Positions 46,274-54,410 of a stretch of DNA of 64,000 bases are shown here, piece by piece. Position numbers and translations under genes: made by a program. The stretch is taken from NCBI GenBank assembly GCA_965242865.1, contig CBDETK010000013.1, positions 3,136,001 through 3,200,000 of the forward strand, given 5' to 3'. Within the stretch, counting starts at the first letter, position 1. Every line of letters starts with the position of its first letter. Under the pieces are notes generated by a model. The model made no database searches and was not told the origin of the DNA. It saw nothing but the letters and a program-made list of their open reading frames with translations. Source of the stretch: Candidatus Latescibacterota bacterium (GTDB lineage Bacteria; Latescibacterota; UBA2968; UBA8231).

Positions 46274-48160
46274 ATGGTGGCTTCAGCGGTGAAACATGCC
46301 CTCCGATCCAGTGGATTGGTCGCGTATGTGGCTCTGTCGTTGCTGCATCCTTCGCATCTTAGAGCCTTCACTTGGGACTTTGCTCAAGAAGGCGATGCCC
46401 AAGGTTGGGTGGCTTGGGAAAGCGGGGCTTCGGGCGCGGTAATTAGAGTACCGCTGCATTCGGAAACAGCCGGCGGAGTATGGCGCGTTGCGCCCCGGGA
46501 CTTTGTGCCCGGTATCAGGCCGATAATCGAATTGATCTCCCCGCCGATTGGCCGCGATTCGGCCCTGTTCAACCGAGTGCGCGTCCGCCTGCGCGTACTG
46601 CATACACAGCCGCTCGAAAGTCAGATTACGCTCCTGTGGAAGAATCCCGCGAACAAGGATCACCTAGGATTCTTTATCAACGCGCCGCCGAGAACGGGGA
46701 TTGATCATACTACCTTGCTCAAGGGCCAACGCCATACCTACACTGTGGACTGGCAGGAGGTGACGATCGATAGTGTAGCATCCAAGACTTATGTACGAGA
46801 GGACAAGGTCTATCGGCGTCTATGGGAGGGTGAATTGCTCGAAATACGCCTTCGCCTGCCCTTGTTCAACTACTCAAAGGACGTGGAGGGACCGGGGGAG
46901 ATCCCCGAGGCGGTAGAAATCGATTGGATCGAGTTGACCCATGCGGAAAGGCCAGATTCAGAGGGCGCGCCGCCGAGGGGGGAAGAGCCGTACCCTGTCG
47001 GGACGCTCTTTGCTCTACCGATCTTTTATCCTTTAGACCAGCATGGATTGGACGTAGGGCAGCGCGGCCAGCCCGTAGCCGAATTGGGGGATCTGGATGG
47101 CGATGGCGACATGGACGTGGCGGCAGTATGGAAAGACTGGCAGCCCAGCACGAACTCCGACAGGGCCGGTTGGCTGTGCGCGTTCAATGAAGATGGTCGC
47201 TTTTCCCCCAAGGTCCGCATGGAACCATTCCCCACAATCGCTCCCATACCTAGGCTGGCCGGTGCTGATTTGCTCGGCGATGAGCGCATGGAACTCATCG
47301 TAGGCTCTGGTCGTTCACTCGACCTATTGGAGCATTCATCAGCTATCTGGTCGGTAGCGCGACATGTGGATGGGGCGATTCCCTTGGGTACAGGCGATGT
47401 CGATGGAGACGGAGACGAGGATATATGGCTGGCCGAGTTCTACTCCAAGCTCTCGGAGCGTGCCGTCATTTTGCTCAATGATGGGGAGGGGCGGTTCGAC
47501 AAACGAATGACTCTGGCCCCCGAATTGGCCGAGTTCGCTTGGTCGCCCATGCGGCTGATCGATCATATCCCGGGTGGCCGCAAGACGGGATTGCTTTGGG
47601 GCGGCCCCGATGTGGGCACTCCATACGACTATATGGCGACCTATCTGGACGATAATGGAGAAACCGTCCAAGAGTACCTCCGAGTGGATGCCGCGGCGGA
47701 TTTGATCTGTTACGCGGGCGATTTTGATCGGGATGGAGATACAGATATGGTCGCGGGTAGAGCGGTCACCTCTACGACGATAGGCTCTGTGCCCACAGTG
47801 CTCACCGGGCTAGACCTTTTGATCAATCGAGGCGATGGCGTCTTGGACAAGGTTGCATGGTATGAGAGGGGGCATGTACAACAGGATGTGGTGTTTTCCG
47901 ACCTCAATGAAGATGGTATCTTGGACGCAGTGTTTGTCGATCGCGATTTCCGCCAGCCGGCACTCGTCGTCAACATGGGAAGAAGGAACGGTGTGCCCCT
48001 GCGGGAAGGCCACTATCCGCTGCAAGGGTTGGGTGGAACAGTCGTGGATGGCGACATGGATGGCGACGGCGACCTAGACTTGGTCGTGCTGGAAAATGCC
48101 GTGCGCGGGGGGGGCAGTGGCATATACATCCTGTCCAACCAGACAAAAACAGACGACTGA
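46274..48160 (+). CDS. Divergent CBM-like/FG-GAP paralog lacking the CTD (paralog 10)
   Basis: LRA|FTWDF, SPPIGRDSALF, VEIDWIEL, GDLDGDGD repeats, EGHYPL.G.GG. Ends at SNQTKTDD with no NYPNPFNP tail. Confidence 0.7.
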   Translation: MVASAVKHALRSSGLVAYVALSLLHPSHLRAFTWDFAQEGDAQGWVAWESGASGAVIRVPLHSETAGGVWRVAPRDFVPGIRPIIELISPPIGRDSALFNRVRVRLRVLHTQPLESQITLLWKNPANKDHLGFFINAPPRTGIDHTTLLKGQRHTYTVDWQEVTIDSVASKTYVREDKVYRRLWEGELLEIRLRLPLFNYSKDVEGPGEIPEAVEIDWIELTHAERPDSEGAPPRGEEPYPVGTLFALPIFYPLDQHGLDVGQRGQPVAELGDLDGDGDMDVAAVWKDWQPSTNSDRAGWLCAFNEDGRFSPKVRMEPFPTIAPIPRLAGADLLGDERMELIVGSGRSLDLLEHSSAIWSVARHVDGAIPLGTGDVDGDGDEDIWLAEFYSKLSERAVILLNDGEGRFDKRMTLAPELAEFAWSPMRLIDHIPGGRKTGLLWGGPDVGTPYDYMATYLDDNGETVQEYLRVDAAADLICYAGDFDRDGDTDMVAGRAVTSTTIGSVPTVLTGLDLLINRGDGVLDKVAWYERGHVQQDVVFSDLNEDGILDAVFVDRDFRQPALVVNMGRRNGVPLREGHYPLQGLGGTVVDGDMDGDGDLDLVVLENAVRGGGSGIYILSNQTKTDD

Positions 48161-48204
48161 ATGGGTAGCCCTGCCAAAAAGAAAGGGGCATAAGATGATG
48201 AGTT

Positions 48205-49137
48205 GTGCCGTGGTACATAACTGAGGAGGGGACTGCGAGGCATGGAAATCATTCCGTTAATTCCCGAACGCGACGTAGCGATACAGTGCGCACATGCCGC
48301 ACAAGATCGCGATATACGCACCCAAGGGAAGGCTTGTCTCCTTTCCACACAGCGTTGGGGAATAGGGCTTATTGGGCTGAAGAATGCGGCAACTTGGGGC
48401 AGTTGGCACTCCAGCAAAACAAACCGGACGAGGCTGAGGCTCACTTCCAACAGGGCTTGAAGGTTTGCACAAAACTCGGCGATCTGTCGGGCATTTCCGG
48501 CCACTATCAGGGCTTGGGGCTGGTCTATCTCGGACAGCAGCGTTTGGCCGAAGCCGAAACCGTCCTCAAAAAAGGCGTTGAGATCGAGGAGCGACTCCAG
48601 CACGACGAGGGGTTGGCTCATCATTACAGCGTTCTGGGGGCCGTATATAGCCAAGCGGGTCGATTTGATGAGGCGGCAGCAATGTACCGTCGGACGCTGG
48701 CGACCCAACAAAAATTAGGCAATAAACAGTTTGAGGCTCGCACCTTGGGCGGTCTGGGACAGGTGCTACGGGAGAAAGGCGACCTGCGAGAAGCCACGGC
48801 GTTCTTTCAACAGGCGAGGGCACTGTTTGACGCGATTGGAGACAACAGAGGCCAAGCGGTACAAGCGGCTATTTTGGGCGATATTTATATGGACGTTGAA
48901 AACTTTAATGCGGCTGAGGAGGCATATCGGCAGGCGTTGCAACTGTTCACGGAAGTATCAGACTTAGAGGCTGTAGCCGCCGTTAAAGTCAGCTTGGGGA
49001 GGGCCTATGCGTCGAATCAGGCCCCTTTTGATGCCTTACTTCAGTGGCGGCAAGCACTAGAACTATACCGCGAACTCCAACGCGGCGACAAGGTTGAGTT
49101 CGTAGAAGAACTGCTGAGGACGAGCGGCCGAATGTGA
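48205..49137 (+). CDS. TPR repeat protein (5' end uncertain, possibly frameshifted)
   Basis: GNLGQLA...EAEAHFQQGL, LGLVY...AEAE, LGAVY...DEAAAMYRR.L repeats. An alternative start at 48242 is in another frame. Confidence 0.65.
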   Translation: MPWYITEEGTARHGNHSVNSRTRRSDTVRTCRTRSRYTHPREGLSPFHTALGNRAYWAEECGNLGQLALQQNKPDEAEAHFQQGLKVCTKLGDLSGISGHYQGLGLVYLGQQRLAEAETVLKKGVEIEERLQHDEGLAHHYSVLGAVYSQAGRFDEAAAMYRRTLATQQKLGNKQFEARTLGGLGQVLREKGDLREATAFFQQARALFDAIGDNRGQAVQAAILGDIYMDVENFNAAEEAYRQALQLFTEVSDLEAVAAVKVSLGRAYASNQAPFDALLQWRQALELYRELQRGDKVEFVEELLRTSGRM

Positions 49138-49149
49138 AGCGGCTAATCT

Positions 49150-49216
49150 GTAAAAAGTCGTGCAAAAGTCGTGCAAAAGTCGTGCAATCCGAACAACTTT
49201 TGCACGACTTTTGCAC
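49150..49216. promoter_or_regulatory. Putative enhancer (UAS), copy 3
   Basis: gtaaaaagtc (gtgcaaaagtc)x2 gtgcaatccgaac aacttttgcac gacttttgcac. Confidence 0.7.
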
Positions 49217-49348
49217 GGAAAATCGCCGATCAACTGGCACCGACGCCTTACGCTGGCCTCGTAGAAAATTATTTTTAGCTATCCAACACCTTGTTTTTCA
49301 ATCCTTTAGGATTACCTAAAGGATTTTTTTGTGCCGGACCGGCCTCGT

Positions 49349-49364
49349 TGGCACGAAACTTGCA
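49349..49364 (+). promoter_or_regulatory. Sigma54 -24/-12 promoter, copy 3
   Basis: TGGCACgaaacTTGCA. Confidence 0.85.
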
Positions 49365-49495
49365 ATAGTCATTACAAGACAAGCGAAGCTCATCTACCAG
49401 AAAGGAGGTGCATTCCGTGCTCGTAGGTATGATGCTCGTCAGCAACCGCACTGGTTTGCTGATCCTTTTTCCTATCACTCAAGGAGAGTTGAGTT

Positions 49496-49825
49496 ATGAA
49501 CTTTTTGACTTTGATCTTGCAGTCGGCGCTGATGGCTCCGCTGGTGGAGTTCGCCACGTCGACGAGCGGCCACGTTGAGCCGCGCGAGGGCTTGGCACTG
49601 GGCTGGCTGGGCAGCGTGGTGGCGGGGCTGGCGGTGGTATTCGGCACGGCCGAACGGACCCAGGCCGATTCCTGCTACGGAATCTCCGAGGGAAGCACGG
49701 GCTCTTACACAACGGGTCGTCCGTGCGAGTGGAGAGACCATAAACCCTCGGCTTATTGGAGGGAATATTATTACCACGAACCTCGTGATCAGGGCTGTAC
49801 CTATCTGTATGCTGTATGCGTATAG
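49496..49825 (+). CDS. Cys-rich precursor peptide 3 (52-aa core with 4 Cys)
   Basis: Same leader; core DSCYGISEGSTGSYTTGRPCEW...GCTYLYAVCV. Confidence 0.8.
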   Translation: MNFLTLILQSALMAPLVEFATSTSGHVEPREGLALGWLGSVVAGLAVVFGTAERTQADSCYGISEGSTGSYTTGRPCEWRDHKPSAYWREYYYHEPRDQGCTYLYAVCV

Positions 49826-49933
49826 CCCGGCCGCTCAGTGCTCCGTCGCTGGATTCCCGGCTGTATCTATCAGCGTTTTACATGCGGCTAGGTGAGGTCC
49901 TGTGACGTTGCCCGGCCGTTGCAGAAACGACGC

Positions 49934-49970
49934 GCCCCTGTGGTACTTTCGGGCCGAGTACCACAGGGGC
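49934..49970 (+). terminator. 14-bp stem-loop after precursor 3
   Basis: gcccctgtggtact / agtaccacaggggc, with compensatory changes relative to 20023-20063. Confidence 0.65.
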
Positions 49971-50020
49971 AGGCGGCCAGAACACCCTAAAACACATCTA
50001 TCACGCTCTGGAGGTTCGTT

Positions 50021-52144
50021 ATGCACGGCTTGCTGGTTGCGATTGGATTGGTGGTGGTTCCGCTTAAAGCCTTTGCTTTAACGTGGGATTTTGACGACGG
50101 CACGACTTGGGGATGGACCGCCCAAGAGAGTGCCTACGGCTCTGACTATGGCACCACCACGGTGTTCAGCGAAGTCGAAGATGGCGTCTGGCGCATTGCG
50201 CCGGTGCCGCACGGGAAAAGACCAGCCATTCGCTTGCTCTCGCCGCTGATTGGGGAAGACTCTGACCTGTTCGACTGGGTCACCTTACGGCTACGCATCA
50301 TCCACAATTACCCCACCGAGGGGGTCCTTGAAATGTCGTGGTCTAATGTCGAGTACAGACGCCTCAAGGAGGAAGACTCCATCATAGGGTTGGGGTTTTT
50401 TATGAGCCGGCCTCAAGTTTATTCCACCGAATGGGAAAACATCACCATAGATATACGGGGCTTGGAAGCGGCCCCAGCAGAAGAGATCAATTGGGAGATC
50501 ATTTGGCAGGACACCCTCTTCCACTTTTTCCTAGACCTAGACTTATTGCAACTACACGACATACAAGAATCCAGCTTAAGCCCGGCCGATCGTCCGACCT
50601 TTGTCGAAGTTGATTGGATTCAACTGACGGGGGCCGAAGAGTTGCTGCTGGGGGAATTGCAGCCCCGGGAGGTCGCCGTGGAGGCCGGGTTGCTTGGGAC
50701 GTTGTTCGCGGAACCGCGTTTTTCGGTGCTGGGCCAAAATATCGGTAGCCCAACATCGCACGGTACTTTGGGCGATGTGGACGGCGATGGGGATGCCGAT
50801 CTAGTCGTGAAATGGGATACAATGGAGAGCACGGGCTGGACTATAGCGACCAGCGATGGCTTGGGGGGCTTGGTTTCCACCCCAGAGGTCCGCCTCCCAA
50901 CCGGGCATCCGACAATTGCGGGGGGCGATTTTGACGGGGATGGTCTTCTCGATCTGGCCTTTAGCGACGGTCGAACCATCGAATTGTGGCTCAACCGGGG
51001 CGAAGATGGATTTGAAACCATCCTACAGCTACCCGACAGTCACCTCATCGGTCTAGCCGATGGCGATGGCGATGGCGATGTGGACCTGTTGGTATTAGAG
51101 GAGTACGACGACCTATGGTCTAACGTGACTATGTGGATCAACGACAGCGCGGGTGGGTTTGTCCACAGCAATCGGTTCGTCCTCGACACCGAAGAAGAGC
51201 TCGATCCTTCCCTGCTGGCAGGGCAACCGGTGGGCGAGGCCGTGCGCCTGTTGTGGAACCGGCCCTGCTGGAAGCCGGTGGGGCCTTGGCGGCTGACCCA
51301 GCCATGGGCGGCGAACGAGGAGCCACCGCTGTTTTTTGAGACCGGCGAGGTCAAATCCTGCGACATGTACCTGCTGGCCGATCTGGATGGGGATGGAGCG
51401 GTGGAGTTGGTTGGAACGCCTGAGCGGAACCTGGCCCTAGGCTTTTCTAACGGCAACACCCATCACGGTTTGGCCCTGTGGCACGTGGACATCGCGGGCG
51501 GGTTGGAACGCCATATCCTGCTCGGTCCGCAGGTGATCGTGCCGTATTCGTGGCCTAGGAGTGGGGTCATTGCCAGCGACCTGACCGGCGATGGCCTGCT
51601 GGACATAGCCGTGATCAATATCAACCTAGCGGGTCCGGCACTGATCGTCTTGGTCGGCCAGCGCGATGGCCTGCCCGTCGTCGAAGGACACTATCCCCTG
51701 CCCAGCATCGGCCGCAGCCTAGTCGCGGGCGATGTCAACGGCGATGGGGCGGCCGATCTGGTCGTGCTGGGACGGAGTCAGCGCGGCGAGGGCGGAGCCT
51801 CCGTCTTCCTCAACCAAGGCGTTCCCGCCACCGCCATCGCCGCCGAGACAACGACTACCCCCTCAGCCTTTGTCCTTGGTGCCAACTATCCCAACCCGTT
51901 CAACCCGGCCACGACTATTCCCGTGTCGGTGTCGGCGGGTGCGGGCGAGGTAGATTTAACCATCTACAATGTCTTGGGGCAGCCGGTGCGCCGCGTGTGG
52001 AACGGTTCGTTGGCCGCCGGCGCCCACCGGCTGGCTTGGGATGGCCGGGACGCGCAAGGACAGCCGGTCGCCGCGGGCGTCTATTGGTATCGGTTGCAGG
52101 TGGACGACCAGACGCACACCCGCAAAATGGTCAAACTTGAATAG
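50021..52144 (+). CDS. CBM-like/FG-GAP/CTD protein, paralog 11 (subtype B)
   Basis: Same architecture, subtype B tail. Confidence 0.8.
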   Translation: MHGLLVAIGLVVVPLKAFALTWDFDDGTTWGWTAQESAYGSDYGTTTVFSEVEDGVWRIAPVPHGKRPAIRLLSPLIGEDSDLFDWVTLRLRIIHNYPTEGVLEMSWSNVEYRRLKEEDSIIGLGFFMSRPQVYSTEWENITIDIRGLEAAPAEEINWEIIWQDTLFHFFLDLDLLQLHDIQESSLSPADRPTFVEVDWIQLTGAEELLLGELQPREVAVEAGLLGTLFAEPRFSVLGQNIGSPTSHGTLGDVDGDGDADLVVKWDTMESTGWTIATSDGLGGLVSTPEVRLPTGHPTIAGGDFDGDGLLDLAFSDGRTIELWLNRGEDGFETILQLPDSHLIGLADGDGDGDVDLLVLEEYDDLWSNVTMWINDSAGGFVHSNRFVLDTEEELDPSLLAGQPVGEAVRLLWNRPCWKPVGPWRLTQPWAANEEPPLFFETGEVKSCDMYLLADLDGDGAVELVGTPERNLALGFSNGNTHHGLALWHVDIAGGLERHILLGPQVIVPYSWPRSGVIASDLTGDGLLDIAVININLAGPALIVLVGQRDGLPVVEGHYPLPSIGRSLVAGDVNGDGAADLVVLGRSQRGEGGASVFLNQGVPATAIAAETTTTPSAFVLGANYPNPFNPATTIPVSVSAGAGEVDLTIYNVLGQPVRRVWNGSLAAGAHRLAWDGRDAQGQPVAAGVYWYRLQVDDQTHTRKMVKLE

Positions 52145-52244
52145 GGAGCGGACGTGCTGGAGACGTTGCGCCAACCCATAGCGGCTGACTGGCAGCGTTC
52201 CATGGACTGGTTAGGCCCTGTCGAGAAGCGAAGGACATAAGACG

Positions 52245-53567
52245 ATGAGACGACCGTGGAAAGCACCGCTCCGCAAAAACAGAACCCTGCAAAGCTGCTT
52301 GGCGGTGTCGCTGGCCTTGCATCTGCTGGTGATCTTCGGCATCACGCACCGCGAACAGGTTGCTCAGTTTCCTGTCCTACAGCCGATCATGGTGGAGTTC
52401 ACCAAACGCCCGCCGCCGCAGCGCACTCTCACCCGCCGCCAACGGCCCCGCCAACGGCCCTTAGTGCGCCGCCCCGCCCTGCAAGCCGCCCCGGTCGTTG
52501 CGGTGCGACCCGCCCCCACGGCGACACGGCCCCTGCCGATGTTCAAGCCATCGGCACTTAGGCTGCCGATGGCAGCATTGCCCGATCGACTGGTGCTACC
52601 CGTGCCGGACTTCCCCGCTCGGCACATTGGTCCGCAAATGCAGGCTGGGGCATTGGAAGGAACGCGACAGGGGACCGACGAGATTGACTTGGCCTTAGAA
52701 CTGATGGATGTGCAGGCCATGGACACCGGCCAGCACCGGGCGATGGTGGTCGTCGATCCAAAAGACCGGCGTCAACTCAAGGGATTCCTCTATATGTCCA
52801 ATGTGTATAGCTCCTCCATTGAACGGGCTGAGCGAGAAACATCACGCCGACTTTTGCAGACGCGCCAAATGGTGGAAAACCGGATGCTGCAAGGGTTGGC
52901 CGACAAAATGGTCGCCAGTACGCAGGTTCACGCCGAAGTGCTCGACGCGGTGGCACTAGACGACCCCCAGCTACTGCAGGTGCCCTTCGTCCTCCTGACG
53001 GTGAGTGATCATTTTGAGTTCACCGAGGCGGAGACAGCTAATCTCGGAGCGTACTTGACTTCGGGTGGCTTCCTGTTTGCGGATATTGTCAGCCCATTGC
53101 AGCGCGAATACAGCGACGACGAATTGGATATTCCCGCGGTGCGTTCCCTCATTCGCACCAGCTTTCAGGCGGCGGGTTATCAAGAATGGAAGGACTGGCA
53201 ATTTGGACGCCTAGCGATGACCCATCCGATCTACCATTGCTTCTACGATGTAGAGAGTCTCCCCCGCGGGATGCGCGATATGCACTATACCGGCGGAGTG
53301 CGGCGGCCTCCGCGGACTCCGGACTATTTGGAGGGCATCATAGTCGGGGATCAGTTGGTGGGCGTGTATTCGATGCGCGGGTACGCCGATTTCTGGGCGG
53401 GAATCGCCAAGGAGGAAACGGAGATATTTGATCCTGTTCTTTTTGGCGATAGTCCGTTTCTGGCCAGTGCCGAGGAGCCGATGGTGTATAACTTAGGCGT
53501 CAATTTCTTGGTGTATGCGTTGACACGCGAGGGATCACTGACCCGACAATTAGTCGCTGCGGACTGA
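52245..53567 (+). CDS. DUF4159 domain protein with TonB-like anchor, copy 2
   Basis: Near-identical N-terminal half to 31025; variable C-terminal loops. Confidence 0.7.
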   Translation: MRRPWKAPLRKNRTLQSCLAVSLALHLLVIFGITHREQVAQFPVLQPIMVEFTKRPPPQRTLTRRQRPRQRPLVRRPALQAAPVVAVRPAPTATRPLPMFKPSALRLPMAALPDRLVLPVPDFPARHIGPQMQAGALEGTRQGTDEIDLALELMDVQAMDTGQHRAMVVVDPKDRRQLKGFLYMSNVYSSSIERAERETSRRLLQTRQMVENRMLQGLADKMVASTQVHAEVLDAVALDDPQLLQVPFVLLTVSDHFEFTEAETANLGAYLTSGGFLFADIVSPLQREYSDDELDIPAVRSLIRTSFQAAGYQEWKDWQFGRLAMTHPIYHCFYDVESLPRGMRDMHYTGGVRRPPRTPDYLEGIIVGDQLVGVYSMRGYADFWAGIAKEETEIFDPVLFGDSPFLASAEEPMVYNLGVNFLVYALTREGSLTRQLVAAD

Positions 53568-53626
53568 GAGCTATCAGAACAAACTGTGTGGATCCTTTTT
53601 ATTACTCTTTAAGTGAGGAATGAGTT

Positions 53627-54325
53627 ATGCAGTCTTTAACGTTTGTCTTTAAGGCCCTCGCCACGTCAGCGAGCGAGCACATAGAGCCACGTCAGGGGTT
53701 GGTGCTGATGGTGCTGAGGTGGCTGGGTAGCGTGGTGGCGGGGCTGGCGATGGTGTTCGGCACGGCCGCCCGGACGCCGGCCGATCCCTGCTTTGGGATC
53801 GCAGAGGGAAGCAGCGGATCGCACACAACGCCGTATCCATGCGAGTGGCAAGACCACAAATCCGCCGAGTATTTCCACTATTCTGAGACGCCGGCCGACA
53901 GCTCTCGGTCTGAGACGCCGGCCGATAGCTCTCGGCAGGATCATTATTTACACCATCGTGGAAATCCGGGATGTGTTTATCTGGGTTCTACCTGTGGCTC
54001 AAGTGCGGCCACCGCCATCGAGGCCGAGGCGGCGACTACACCTTCCACTTTTGCCCTCGGTGCCAACTACCCCAATCCATTCAATCCGGCCACGACCATC
54101 CCCTTGGTGCTACCCGCCGGAGCTGAGGAGGTGGACTTAACCATCTACAACGTCTTGGGGCAGCCGGTGCGCCGAGTGTGGGCGGGTTCGTTGGCGGCGG
54201 GCGAGCATCGGCTGGCTTGGGATGGCCGGGACGCGCAGGGGCAGCCCGTCGCCGCGGGCGTCTATTGGTATCGGTTGCAGGTGGACGACCAGACGCGCAT
54301 TCGCAAGATGGTCAAAATTGAGTAG
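53627..54325 (+). CDS. Precursor-type leader + Cys-rich core fused to FlgD-Ig/T9SS-like CTD
   Basis: EPRQGLVL..WLGSVVAGLA.VFGT..TPA|DPCFG, 4 Cys, SETPADSSR x2, then LGANYPNPFNP. Confidence 0.8.
   Translation: MQSLTFVFKALATSASEHIEPRQGLVLMVLRWLGSVVAGLAMVFGTAARTPADPCFGIAEGSSGSHTTPYPCEWQDHKSAEYFHYSETPADSSRSETPADSSRQDHYLHHRGNPGCVYLGSTCGSSAATAIEAEAATTPSTFALGANYPNPFNPATTIPLVLPAGAEEVDLTIYNVLGQPVRRVWAGSLAAGEHRLAWDGRDAQGQPVAAGVYWYRLQVDDQTRIRKMVKIE
53882..53935 (+). repeat. 27-nt in-frame tandem duplication within the peptide core
   Basis: tctgagacgccggccga(c/t)agctctcgg x2. Confidence 0.85.
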
Positions 54326-54410
54326 GGCGAAGGCTCTTGAGCCATGCACTCAAAGAAAGGGACATAAGACGATGAGACGACCCGAAGCTATCACGCTCTG
54401 GAGGTGCATT

